Below, piece after piece: positions 27,622 to 37,101 of a DNA stretch of 64,000 bases. Position 1 is the first letter of the stretch, and every line of letters starts with the position of its first letter. Location: contig JAEUSM010000011.1 of the NCBI GenBank assembly GCA_016788785.1, positions 17,200-81,199 of the forward strand, read 5' to 3'. This DNA comes from Candidatus Kapaibacterium sp. Its GTDB lineage: Bacteria; Bacteroidota; Ignavibacteria; Kapaibacteriales; JAEUSM01. The notes under the pieces were generated by a model that worked only from the letters and a program-made list of their open reading frames with translations, did not search any database and was not told the DNA's origin. The translations under genes were made by a program, and so were the position numbers.

Positions 27622-29630
27622 TATGAAAATATTGGGTTAACTTCGTTTGTGTACCATTTGAAACCGTCTTTGGTTTCTGAATTTAAAACTGATTCAAACT
27701 TATTTTCAAGTTTGTTGAAATCATTTTCTTTTTTCAATAGATAAATCATATTTGAAAGAGACAATGGTAGAATATTCATTGATTCTACGATATTTCCATC
27801 AGAATTATACCAAGATGAAAATTTATAATTACGTAAAACAACTAAATTGTTTGGGTCAAGTTGACCTGCAACAAATAATGTTAAACTATTTGGATTGACT
27901 TTTAAAATGTGTTTTGCTAAATGTCGAGGAATAGGTTCAGCTTCCATTTTGCGTTGTCCATCATTTTCGCTCAAAGTTGCCTCAATTAAATAGTCAGTAT
28001 CTTTGCAACGAACTACAATGTCGGCTTGACCTCCTGCTGTATGAGTTTTTGGTAAAAGGTTTGCATCTAATCCTGAATTGAGAATATCGGTGATTCTAAC
28101 TTGCTTTTCAGAAAGCCAATAAAATGAAATTCCCAATAAATATTCAAACAGAGCCGGAATTGTTGCTTCGTATTCTTGATACCATTCTTTTATGAGTTTA
28201 CGTATTAGGTCGTCTTTTCTTGGATATATATTTTCAAATATTTTGACTATGTTTTCTTTTGTGAAAACACTATGTACTAATTTTAATAAACGTTCTTCTT
28301 TTTTCTTTAAAACAAAGCTTTGTAAACCAAGTTTCTTTACTTCTGGGAAATCAGTCTCAATTTGTTTAGAAAGTTCGGCAACATTAATTTTCAAGAAATC
28401 GTATATGTCTCCAATATTTTTTTGACTTAATTCTAGTTTTTTTGAGTATTCACTCTGAGAAAGTGTATTTACTTTTAGTAATTCATCTTTTACAGATTTG
28501 AATAAGTACCAAAATACAAGGTCAAGTTTTAATTTCCCGTGTTCAAAAACGAAAATATCCAACAACTTTAAATGCCTTGTATTTAAATCTCTATACTCCT
28601 CACAAAGAGAAAGTTTTTTGATATACATATACAAAACGTGAAAATTAATTACAAAATTTTCTTCGTCTTTTGATGAGATTAAAGACGTATTCTCAAAAAA
28701 TGTTATAATTTTTTTCCAATCCGAAGAATTATTTAAAGTCGTTGTATTAAACAAACTTTCTAGATAATAACTTGGTTTTTTACTAGAAATATCCCTATAT
28801 CTTAACTTTAATTTGTCTTGTATGAACTTTTTCTTATTAGTTTCATTCCAGCTTTTTTTATTCAACCAATAGCAATAAATGTCGTTAAAAAGACTAATTG
28901 TTTTGTCTTTAAAAGTATTCCCTTTTCCGTGAGGAAGAATTGCGTACAAAAGTTCTTTAAGCTCTTTTTTGTCAGAAATATTATGTGCATTAAAAAAAAA
29001 CGAAGAATTTTTTGTAGTAATTTTTGTATTTTCTGAATTTAGTATAGATTGATAAAGAGTTTCTTTATAATCCGAATGTTTTTTATAGTTGTTTATGTTG
29101 TCAATCAGTTCTTCTTTTGTTTGAGAACCTGACCAAACATAAGTAACGAAATCAATCGACAATTCGTTATTAAATTCAATGATTGCATATATTAGAGAAA
29201 GTAAGGGATAAACTTTAAAATCATTTTGCTGATATTTCAAAAACTGTTTTAAGTATGTAAAACTTTCGTTTGAAATATTAAATTCATTAGTTTCAAAGTT
29301 TAAAGAATTTACTAATAACTCCTTACCAGCACTTGTGATAATTCGTTTGTCTGTTGTAAAGCCTAACTGTGAAATAAAGCCAGTCTTTACTCTTACATCC
29401 TTATCTGAACTAACTTTGTTATCTGTTTTAATGTCAAAAATTCCAAGTTTACCTAACAATTCTCCAAACTTTGTCTGGTCTGTTGTTTCCCAATGTTTAT
29501 TTAGGTTTCTGAACTCTACAAGTGCTTTCAAAATTTTAACATAGGTTGCTCTCGGGTCGCTTAATCTTGCTCCAGTGTTGCCCAAAGATATTAAGCCACT
29601 ATTTGCTGTTATTTTTTTAAAATCGCTCAT
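27621..29630 (-). CDS. putative restriction endonuclease, Type IIS-like by context
   Basis: 669 aa, very Lys/Asn/Phe/Ile-rich, no ATPase or MTase motifs. Possible PD-(D/E)xK-like segment near the C-terminus (QADIVVRCKDTDYLIEATLSE). Co-oriented and abutting two MTases. The call rests mainly on context. Confidence 0.45.
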   Translation of the reverse strand: MSDFKKITANSGLISLGNTGARLSDPRATYVKILKALVEFRNLNKHWETTDQTKFGELLGKLGIFDIKTDNKVSSDKDVRVKTGFISQLGFTTDKRIITSAGKELLVNSLNFETNEFNISNESFTYLKQFLKYQQNDFKVYPLLSLIYAIIEFNNELSIDFVTYVWSGSQTKEELIDNINNYKKHSDYKETLYQSILNSENTKITTKNSSFFFNAHNISDKKELKELLYAILPHGKGNTFKDKTISLFNDIYCYWLNKKSWNETNKKKFIQDKLKLRYRDISSKKPSYYLESLFNTTTLNNSSDWKKIITFFENTSLISSKDEENFVINFHVLYMYIKKLSLCEEYRDLNTRHLKLLDIFVFEHGKLKLDLVFWYLFKSVKDELLKVNTLSQSEYSKKLELSQKNIGDIYDFLKINVAELSKQIETDFPEVKKLGLQSFVLKKKEERLLKLVHSVFTKENIVKIFENIYPRKDDLIRKLIKEWYQEYEATIPALFEYLLGISFYWLSEKQVRITDILNSGLDANLLPKTHTAGGQADIVVRCKDTDYLIEATLSENDGQRKMEAEPIPRHLAKHILKVNPNSLTLFVAGQLDPNNLVVLRNYKFSSWYNSDGNIVESMNILPLSLSNMIYLLKKENDFNKLENKFESVLNSETKDGFKWYTNEVNPIFS

Positions 29631-29932
29631 ATTAAAAATGCAACTCGTCTTGATTGACTTTTATATTTTCGATAATTTACTTTTACTTCTGCTATAATAA
29701 CCGAATCAGAAAAGTAATTATTTGCATATATTTTTATGCGAATTGGTATCAAAGATTTTCTATTTTCAATTATACAATGTCATCTCTTTTTTATGTTCTA
29801 CTTTCAAAAAAAGCTATATTTTAAGACAGTCATAGAGAAAGTATGGTCATAAGTTGAAGGTATTTTAACACAATAATATACAAACATACAACATTAGTCT
29901 GTAATTGACAATAGAGTGAAAAATTTATAAAC

Positions 29933-30200
29933 AAAAGATTTCCACCCCGCCCTTCGGGTACCTCTCAAGAGGGGAACCTATGTTGTTACGATTGTTTGAA
30001 CAAAAGATTTCCACCCCGCCCTTCGGGCACCCCTCAAGAGGGGAACCAATGTTGATAGGATTGTTTGACCAAAAGATTTCCACTCCGCTCTTCGGGCACA
30101 CCTCAAGAGGGAACCCATGTTGATACGATTGTCGACGAAAAGATTTCCACCCCGCCCTTCGGGCACCCCTCAAGAGGGCAACCTATGTTGATGTTGTAAA
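29933..30200. repeat. tandem array of 4 x ~69-bp GC-rich hairpin repeats
   Basis: Units begin at 29933, 30002, 30071 and 30138 (aaaagatttccaccccgcccttcgggcacccctcaagaggggaacc.atgttgat...). Each contains gccc-ttcg-gggc (UUCG-type tetraloop) and cccctcaagagggg. The units are degenerate copies with no unique spacers. Confidence 0.85.
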
Positions 30201-30211
30201 TTTTTTTACTT

Positions 30212-30562
30212 CTATTCTTCTGTGAACCTTGGTTTCGTGCGATTGCTTTTGAGGATAGAATGGAGCTTTTTTTGTTCGGCTTCTTGGCGTTTGACGCTGT
30301 GGGATTTGAAGGTGGCAATGCGAATTTTGCGTTTTTTCTCGCGTTCTTTGATGATGGCGAGAACCTTTTTTGCTGCTAAGAGCTTATTGAGGTATTGGCT
30401 TCGTTCTTGTTGAGCCGTTACGACAATACCCGTTGGATGATGAAAAAGGCGAACTGCTGTTTCAACCTTGTTGACATGCTGTCCGCCCTTTCCAGAAGCT
30501 CGAAATGTTTGAAGAGTTGAGGCTTCTAATATCGCCTCAACTTCTTCTTTTTTTGTTATCAT
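30212..30562 (-). CDS. arfB: alternative ribosome-rescue factor / peptidyl-tRNA hydrolase ArfB (YaeJ-like)
   Basis: GGQ motif in [17 protein letters not shown]; basic C-terminal tail; 116 aa. Its last ~20 codons are the 62-bp repeat, copy B. Confidence 0.8.
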   Translation of the reverse strand: MITKKEEVEAILEASTLQTFRASGKGGQHVNKVETAVRLFHHPTGIVVTAQQERSQYLNKLLAAKKVLAIIKEREKKRKIRIATFKSHSVKRQEAEQKKLHSILKSNRTKPRFTEE

Positions 30563-32265
30563 TACAGTTTTGAATCATCAATAGTTTCTAACCAACGTTC
30601 TGCTTCTTGCACCACTGAAATAATGGTTGATTCTTCAAATGGAGAATCTAATCCAGCAAGTTTGACTAACTCCAAAAATGGAAGTGAACCACCTGCTTGG
30701 CATAAACGAACATAATCGCTCCAAGCACCATCTTTTGTTGCAGGATTTTGCGATTTGATCCAAAATTGCAATGCGCATAATTGTGCAAGGACATAATCAA
30801 TATAATAAAATGGAGATTGATAAATATGTGCTTGACGTTGCCAAAATCCACCCATTTCTAAATATTCGTTATCGGTATATTTGCGGTGTGGCAAATATTT
30901 CGCCTCCATTGCTTTCCATGTACTGTGTCGCTCTGCAGGTGTCATCGATGGATTGTTATAGATATGATGTTGGAATTCATCGACTGCGGATCCATACGGA
31001 ATGAAACGCAATGCGTTCGAAAGATGATCGTAAAAATACTTGTTTGCATCTTCTTTGAAGAATGACTCCATCCAATTCCATGCAAAAAACTCCATACTCA
31101 TAGAATGAATTTCACATGCTTCGGAGGTTGGGAAAAAGTATTCTGGCACTTTATGATTGCGAGAAGAAAATGCTTGGAAAGCATGCCCAATTTCGTGCGT
31201 CAATACATCCACATCGTGTGATGTGCCATTAAAATTCGAGAAAATGAACGGTGCTCCCTCATCAGAAAGCATAGTGCAATATCCACCCGGAGCTTTTGCT
31301 GGTTTGTTCACCAAATCCATCAACTCGTATTCTTTCATAAATGTAAAGAATTCGTGCGTTTCAGGCGACATTTCTTTGTACATCACCGTTGCAGCGTCAA
31401 CGATTTGGTCGGGAGTTCCTTTAGGAGTAGGGTTCCCGTTATTAAAATGCAACAATTCATCAGTATACACCAACGAATCTAAACCAAGGCGTTTTGCTTG
31501 TTTTGCAATGATTTTTTGAGCAATTGGTACAACGTGTTTTACGATATTATTACGGAACGATTCGACTTCTTTGTGCGTATATTCGGTACGTTGCATACGT
31601 GCGTACCCAACTTCAACAAATGAATCAAACCCTAACTTTTTCGCAATGGTATTACGAGTTTTGACTAATTCATCGTAAATGGTGTCAAATTCTTCTTGAT
31701 TGTCTGAATAATACCCCCATTTTACCTTACCAGCATCAATACGAGTTTGACGGTCAAGCGATTGCTCGTAAGGCGTAAGACCACTCAAATTGAGGGTTTC
31801 ACCACGAAATTCCAGTTTCGCTTTTGATAACAATTTCTGATATTGAGTACTAAGAGAATTTTCTTTGCCTAATTCTTCTAAAATGGAATTATTAAAAGAT
31901 TTAATTCTGCAATTTGCAAGATCAAACAATTGTTTGCCAAAGTAATCACTCAAACCATCTTTGAATTTGCTTTGAACTAATGTTTCGTAAAATTGGAAAC
32001 GGAGAGATTGTAAATGCGGAGAAACTGAGTCAGAATATTTCTGTTCCGCATCATAAAATTCGTCAGATGTATCGATAGAATGACGAATTGCAACCAATTC
32101 GAATTGAGTGTCTAAAATTCTTCTGTTATTGTTAATATCAACAACGATATTGATAGCTTCTTCTAAAGTTGAAGCGTTTTTTAAATCTTGTAATTGTTTG
32201 GTGTGATGTTCTTCAAATCGTACCAAATCAGGGCGAGTATATTGTATCTCGGGAAACTTTTTCAT
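30562..32265 (-). CDS. pepF: M3-family oligoendopeptidase F
   Basis: HEIGH zinc motif (THEIGHAFQ) with a downstream Glu; 567 aa. Confidence 0.8.
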   Translation of the reverse strand: MKKFPEIQYTRPDLVRFEEHHTKQLQDLKNASTLEEAINIVVDINNNRRILDTQFELVAIRHSIDTSDEFYDAEQKYSDSVSPHLQSLRFQFYETLVQSKFKDGLSDYFGKQLFDLANCRIKSFNNSILEELGKENSLSTQYQKLLSKAKLEFRGETLNLSGLTPYEQSLDRQTRIDAGKVKWGYYSDNQEEFDTIYDELVKTRNTIAKKLGFDSFVEVGYARMQRTEYTHKEVESFRNNIVKHVVPIAQKIIAKQAKRLGLDSLVYTDELLHFNNGNPTPKGTPDQIVDAATVMYKEMSPETHEFFTFMKEYELMDLVNKPAKAPGGYCTMLSDEGAPFIFSNFNGTSHDVDVLTHEIGHAFQAFSSRNHKVPEYFFPTSEACEIHSMSMEFFAWNWMESFFKEDANKYFYDHLSNALRFIPYGSAVDEFQHHIYNNPSMTPAERHSTWKAMEAKYLPHRKYTDNEYLEMGGFWQRQAHIYQSPFYYIDYVLAQLCALQFWIKSQNPATKDGAWSDYVRLCQAGGSLPFLELVKLAGLDSPFEESTIISVVQEAERWLETIDDSKL

Positions 32266-32372
32266 TAAATGAATTAGGTGATAAAGTAAAAAAACTTTGT
32301 AACGTAATAAAGGTTCATTTTATTGTTTTCAATGAAACGAATATTTTGGAAGGTTTTTCACAGTTTTTTCCG

Positions 32373-32380
32373 TATTTTTG
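32373..32380 (+). promoter_or_regulatory. candidate -7 element (TAnnTTTG)
   Basis: tatttttg, 42 nt upstream of the 32422 start. Confidence 0.3.
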
Positions 32381-32421
32381 TTATAATTAATTTCTGAATT
32401 TTTCACTCAAACGAGTACGGT

Positions 32422-34470
32422 ATGACAACAAAAACACTGTTTTTTCTACCAATTTTGTTCATTGCATTTGGAGTAATGTCCTATAGTGTGTTACGATTAT
32501 TATCGTATTTGAAATTGGGCAAACCTACCAATAGATTGAACAACATATTTCAACGAATTGGAACAACCTTTGTCGTTGCAATTGGACAAAGTAAAATTTT
32601 GCGTGACAAAGTGGCTGGTCCTCTTCATGCAGGTATTTTTTGGGGATTTATGATATTACTTGCTTCTGTTGTCGAAGCAATATTAGAAGGATTGCACCAC
32701 TCTTGGTCGTTGAACTTTTTAGGTCCCATTTATAGCATCACAACTATACTTACAGATGTTTTTTGTGCCTTGATAATCACAGCCACTTTTATTGCATTGT
32801 GGCGTAGATATATCTCCAAAATCAAACGTTTGCAAGTTGATGGAGAAAAAGTAGAAGCGGCAATGATACTTATGACTATTTTTACGATAGTTTCATCGTT
32901 GCTATTGCAAAATATTGCCCGTATTCAGATGCCAAACGTAACAGGAATTGCAAATATCACTGGTCAAATGAATGGTGATTATTCGTGGGCATTTCGTCCT
33001 ATTGCCATGTCACTTGCACCACTTGTTTCACCAGAAATTGCTCCAATGCTGTTCGAAATTACCTGGTGGATTCACGTAGTGTTGGTATTAGCATTTATGA
33101 ACTACCTACCATTTTCAAAACACCTTCATGTGTTAACTTCAGTTCCAAACGTATTTTTGGGTCCATTGAAGCCTACAAATACGCTAACTGCAATCGATTT
33201 TGAAGATGAAACTATCGAGCAATACGGTGCAAAAGACATTGAAGATTTTACGTGGAAAACGCTTTTAGATGGGTATACATGTACGCATTGTGGGCGATGT
33301 ACCAGTGTTTGTCCAGCGAACCAAACTGGCAAAGTTTTAGACCCCCGAGGAATCATCGTAGCAATTCACGATCGTACAATGGACAAAGCTCCATTGCTCA
33401 TCAAACAGCAACAAGGAAAAGAACTCACTGAAGCAGAACAAGCAATTTTTGACAAAAAACTCATTGGCGATTACATTGACCCACAGGCGTTGTGGGATTG
33501 TACAACTTGCGGTGCATGTATGCAAGAATGCCCAGTGAATATTGAGCATGTTCCAGCCATTGTTGAAATGAGAAGAAACCTCATAATGATGGAAGCAGAA
33601 TTCCCTCAAGAGCTTCAACCTGCTTATTCGAATATAGAAAACAATTCAACTCCTTGGGCATTTCCACAAAGTGACCGAGCAAATTGGACACAAGAAATGG
33701 AAAATCCAGTTCAAACAGCTGCTGAAAATCCAGAATTTGATGTTCTGTTTTGGGTAGGATGTGCTGGAAGTTATGACGAACGTGCAAAGAAAACCACCAA
33801 AGCGTTTGCTGAGCTTATGCAGATTGCAGGAGTGAATTTTGCGATTTTGGGTACAGAAGAGCATTGCTCAGCTGACCCAGCTCGTCGAAGTGGTAATGAA
33901 TTTTTGGCAAATTCTTTTGTAACCATGAATGTTGAGACGATGAATGGTTATAATGTTTCCAAAATCGTTACAACATGCCCACACTGCTTCAATACACTGA
34001 AAAATGAGTACCCACAATTTGGTGGAAACTATGATGTTCAACATCATACACAATTTATTTACGATCTCATTCATACAGGTAAATTACTCATAGATAAAAC
34101 AACTGTATCTTCAGATACATTATCGTATCACGATTCTTGTTACTTAGGTAGATACAATGATGAATATTACTCTCCACGTGCTCTTTTGACCGATGTACCG
34201 GGACTAACAGTGTTAGAAGTACCTCGTTCGAAAGACAAAGGACTTTGCTGTGGAGCTGGTGGAGCAAGAATGTTTATGGAAGAAACAGTTGGAAAACGCG
34301 TTAATATTGAACGTACAGAAGAATTACTGCACAATGAGCCGACGGTCATTGCTGCAAATTGTCCGTTCTGTATGACGATGGTAACTGACGGTGTCAAAGC
34401 AGCCGAAAAAATAGATTCCGTCAAAATAAAAGACATCAGCGAGATTATGCTCGAACATGTGAAACGGTAA
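32422..34470 (+). CDS. membrane-anchored Fe-S oxidoreductase (2 x [4Fe-4S] ferredoxin motifs + CCG domains; HdrD/GlpC/DsrK-like)
   Basis: N-terminal ~6 TM helices. CTHCGRCTSVCP and CTTCGACMQECP ferredoxin motifs. Cys-rich CCG-like segments (CPHCFNTL, CCGAGG, CPFCM). 682 aa. Confidence 0.75.
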   Translation: MTTKTLFFLPILFIAFGVMSYSVLRLLSYLKLGKPTNRLNNIFQRIGTTFVVAIGQSKILRDKVAGPLHAGIFWGFMILLASVVEAILEGLHHSWSLNFLGPIYSITTILTDVFCALIITATFIALWRRYISKIKRLQVDGEKVEAAMILMTIFTIVSSLLLQNIARIQMPNVTGIANITGQMNGDYSWAFRPIAMSLAPLVSPEIAPMLFEITWWIHVVLVLAFMNYLPFSKHLHVLTSVPNVFLGPLKPTNTLTAIDFEDETIEQYGAKDIEDFTWKTLLDGYTCTHCGRCTSVCPANQTGKVLDPRGIIVAIHDRTMDKAPLLIKQQQGKELTEAEQAIFDKKLIGDYIDPQALWDCTTCGACMQECPVNIEHVPAIVEMRRNLIMMEAEFPQELQPAYSNIENNSTPWAFPQSDRANWTQEMENPVQTAAENPEFDVLFWVGCAGSYDERAKKTTKAFAELMQIAGVNFAILGTEEHCSADPARRSGNEFLANSFVTMNVETMNGYNVSKIVTTCPHCFNTLKNEYPQFGGNYDVQHHTQFIYDLIHTGKLLIDKTTVSSDTLSYHDSCYLGRYNDEYYSPRALLTDVPGLTVLEVPRSKDKGLCCGAGGARMFMEETVGKRVNIERTEELLHNEPTVIAANCPFCMTMVTDGVKAAEKIDSVKIKDISEIMLEHVKR

Positions 34471-34472
34471 TC
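34431..34472. repeat. 42-bp direct repeat, copy 1 (native 3' end of the Fe-S oxidoreductase gene, includes its stop)
   Basis: Identical to 36917..36958. Confidence 0.9.
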
Positions 34473-34633
34473 TTTAATAAAATTAAGTAACAACTATAGG
34501 TAAACAAATCAATTATTCTCAATCTAAAAGTAATTTACGATATTGATTTGAATAATTTTAGATAAGAATTACATTAGATTCGAGAAACTAACTTTTTTTA
34601 AACAATAACTGTCGAGTTACAGAAACATCAATA

Positions 34634-35731
34634 ATGTTCCAAGAAAAAAATGACGTTATAACAGCTAAAAGTTTTGTTAGCAATAAACATTTTGAAACTA
34701 ATATTACAAATGGATCTATTGTTAAACCAATTAATTTTATCAATGAGTTTGAAATAGTACCTTTTCCACCAATTGACAATTACAACTTTACCTTTATAGA
34801 TTTGTTTGCTGGAATTGGAGGATTTCGATTAGCTTTACAAAACATAGGAGGTAAATGTTTATATACAAGTGAATGGAATAGTGATGCAAAGATAACCTAC
34901 AGTTTAAATTTTGGCGAAGTTCCTTTTGGAGATATCACTAATGACTTAAATAAAAGTTATATACCTCAAAGTTTTGAAATCTTGTGTGCGGGTTTTCCAT
35001 GCCAAGCTTTTTCAATAGCAGGGTACAGAAAGGGATTTGCAGATACAAGAGGCACATTGTTTTTTGATATTGAGCAAATTGTTGAAAGACACAGACCAAA
35101 AGTTGTTTTTTTAGAAAACGTAAAAAACTTGGTTTCTCATGATAAAGGGAATACATTTAAAACAATTATTGAAACCCTTGAAGATAAACTTGGATATAAA
35201 ACATTTGCAAAAGTTTTAAATACTGCAGATTATGCAAATGTTCCACAGAACCGTGAAAGAATATTTATAGTTGCTTTTGATACTGCTCAAGTTCAAAATT
35301 TCAAAAAATTCCAATTTCCTCAACCTATTCGTCTAACAAAATCCATACATGATTTTTTGGAAAAAGAAAAGCAGGATGATATATTCTATTACAAAGAAAA
35401 TCATCCATATTATACAAAACTTGAAAAGTCAATTATTTCAAAAGACACTATGTATCAGTGGAGACGTACTTATGTAAGAGAGAATAAAAGTAATCTTTGT
35501 CCTACATTAACAGCGAATATGGGATCTGGTGGACACAATGTTCCATTAATAAAAGATAATTTTGGAATTCGGAAACTCACACCGAAAGAATGTTTTGCTT
35601 TACAAGGTTACCCAATTGATAAATATATAATTCCCAATATTGCTAATAGTAAGTTATATATGCAAGCTGGAAATTCTGTGACAACTACACTTGTTGAGAG
35701 AATTGCAAACCAAATAATTAAAGTTTTATGA
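34634..35731 (+). CDS. dcm: DNA (cytosine-5)-methyltransferase
   Basis: Motif I FAGIGG; motif IV PCQAFS (catalytic Cys); motif VI ENV (FLENVKNL); C-terminal QAGNSV. Confidence 0.9.
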   Translation: MFQEKNDVITAKSFVSNKHFETNITNGSIVKPINFINEFEIVPFPPIDNYNFTFIDLFAGIGGFRLALQNIGGKCLYTSEWNSDAKITYSLNFGEVPFGDITNDLNKSYIPQSFEILCAGFPCQAFSIAGYRKGFADTRGTLFFDIEQIVERHRPKVVFLENVKNLVSHDKGNTFKTIIETLEDKLGYKTFAKVLNTADYANVPQNRERIFIVAFDTAQVQNFKKFQFPQPIRLTKSIHDFLEKEKQDDIFYYKENHPYYTKLEKSIISKDTMYQWRRTYVRENKSNLCPTLTANMGSGGHNVPLIKDNFGIRKLTPKECFALQGYPIDKYIIPNIANSKLYMQAGNSVTTTLVERIANQIIKVL

Positions 35732-36867
35732 CCTCATTTGCTGAGCTTGATCAAGAAAGAAATGGTGATTATTTGAATTTGCTTACAGCAGTTTCTAAGC
35801 TATCAGGCTTGTTTAGTGAAAGTGTAGTTCCATTTATTAACTATCGTGTTATTGAAAATATTTTTTGCAAAAGTTTTCAAGCGGAAAATCTATCTCGTTC
35901 AGATACTGCATTTGATGCAAAACTAGATTCTTTGGGTGTTGGAATAAAGACATTTGTCAGTAATTCAAATAATAGTACGGAAAAAATAGCAGAATTTAAT
36001 TCCCTTTCAAGAGATTTATCGAAATTTTCTGGAAAAGAACTTGCTCTGAAATTAGGTGAATTTAGAAACGAGAGAATTAATTTAGCAAAACGAGTGTATA
36101 ATATCGAAAGTTCATTATACCATATAATTGTAAGAAAAGCAAAAGAGTTGTTACTCTTTGAAACCGATTATAATATAATTGATATCACTAACATTAATTC
36201 AATAAAAGATTCTAAAGCAAGCTTACAATTTTCAGATGGGAAAAATTTTTACACATACAATTATTCTAAAAGCACTCTTTTTAGAAATTTTCAAATTCCA
36301 CCTACAGCATTTAGTTTACATGTTGATATCATTCAAGATCCATATTCTTTATTGCTTCAGATTTTAAACGAATTCAAAGGAATACATGTATCAAACAATA
36401 GACTTGTTAAAGGTGAAAATTTCATAGTTTTACCACTTTATGGAATTAAGAATAATGAAAAATTTATTTTTCAACATAGTGGATTAAATCAATGGAATGC
36501 AAATGGTAGAAAAAGAAACATAGGAGAAGTTTACATTCCAATTCCAATTTCTATTCACAAAAATTATCCTAATTTCTTTCCATCAAGAGATTTTCCTTTT
36601 GATTTACAAATTCCAACTGGTGAAGTTTTTTCTGCAAAAGTTTGTCAAGCTAATTCAAAAGCCCTAATGACAAATCCCAATAAAGCTCTTTCAGATTGGC
36701 TTTTGCGGAAGATTTTACAATTAAAAGAAGGAGAATTAGCAACCATGGAAAAATTAGATGCTTTAGGGTTTGATAGTGTGTTAATTCACAAAATTAATGA
36801 TGGTAAATATACAATCGACATTATGAAAACTAATTCGTACAGTGATTTTGATAGTGAAAACTATTAA
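35728..36867 (+). CDS. putative Type II restriction endonuclease partner of the C5-MTase
   Basis: 379 aa; start overlaps the dcm stop (ATGA); possible PD..D/ExK-like segment (FDAKLDSLGVGIKT). Family not recognisable by eye. Confidence 0.5.
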   Translation: MTSFAELDQERNGDYLNLLTAVSKLSGLFSESVVPFINYRVIENIFCKSFQAENLSRSDTAFDAKLDSLGVGIKTFVSNSNNSTEKIAEFNSLSRDLSKFSGKELALKLGEFRNERINLAKRVYNIESSLYHIIVRKAKELLLFETDYNIIDITNINSIKDSKASLQFSDGKNFYTYNYSKSTLFRNFQIPPTAFSLHVDIIQDPYSLLLQILNEFKGIHVSNNRLVKGENFIVLPLYGIKNNEKFIFQHSGLNQWNANGRKRNIGEVYIPIPISIHKNYPNFFPSRDFPFDLQIPTGEVFSAKVCQANSKALMTNPNKALSDWLLRKILQLKEGELATMEKLDALGFDSVLIHKINDGKYTIDIMKTNSYSDFDSENY

Positions 36868-36916
36868 TCTACCATTAATGAAATATTGTTAAGCCCTATC
36901 ACATAAAATATATAAT

Positions 36917-36958
36917 AGACATCAGCGAGATTATGCTCGAACATGTGAAACGGTAATC
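36917..36958. repeat. 42-bp direct repeat, copy 2
   Basis: Identical to 34431..34472, although no gene ends here. Confidence 0.9.
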
Positions 36959-36975
36959 GAAGTATGTATTCTCAT

Positions 36976-37008
36976 CGTAAAGTCCACTTAGGTGGACTTT
37001 TTTTGTTT
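36976..37008 (+). terminator. intrinsic terminator (original terminator of the Fe-S oxidoreductase gene, displaced by the insertion)
   Basis: aaagtccacttaggtggacttt followed by a T-run; it lies 17 nt after repeat copy 2. Confidence 0.7.
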
Positions 37009-37101
37009 GATTAAAACTAAGCAGTTTCGGTCAAATCTATTCACTACCAATTCAGTAATTTTGTAGAAAACTATTTCTCACTATTCAACTCCACATCGAT
37101 T

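Larger units (their letters stand above)
25990..30232. mobile_element. RM cassette 1 inserted between long target duplications (2 MTases + putative REase + tandem repeat)
   Basis: Bounded by the 62-bp direct repeats. No integrase or transposase inside. Confidence 0.6.
34473..36916. mobile_element. RM cassette 2 (dcm + REase) inserted between 42-bp target duplications
   Basis: Bounded by perfect 42-bp direct repeats. The host gene's terminator follows the second copy. No recombinase gene inside. Confidence 0.65.

Noticed and set aside
29933-30200. CRISPR array hypothesis for the tandem repeats
   Set aside because: The units are contiguous degenerate copies of one ~69-bp sequence. There are no unique spacers between conserved repeats, and no cas genes in the window.
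29925-30318. Three minus-strand ORFs (82, 62 and 71 aa) with repeated peptide motifs such as GSPLEGCPKGGVEIF
   Set aside because: They are simply translations of the 69-bp tandem DNA repeat. No start context; periodicity is at the DNA level.
36886-36902. Short REP-like fragment (gttaagccctatca) just left of the second 42-bp repeat copy
   Set aside because: It has only ~12 nt of similarity to the REP 3' hairpin, which is too short to call. It is noted only because it abuts the RM cassette 2 junction.
25990-36916. Search for an integrase, transposase or recombinase that could explain the two RM insertions
   Set aside because: None of the ORFs in or between the cassettes shows tyrosine/serine recombinase or DDE/HUH motifs. 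The RAYT is 16 kb away. The insertions are therefore reported as long-target-duplication events rather than as transposons.
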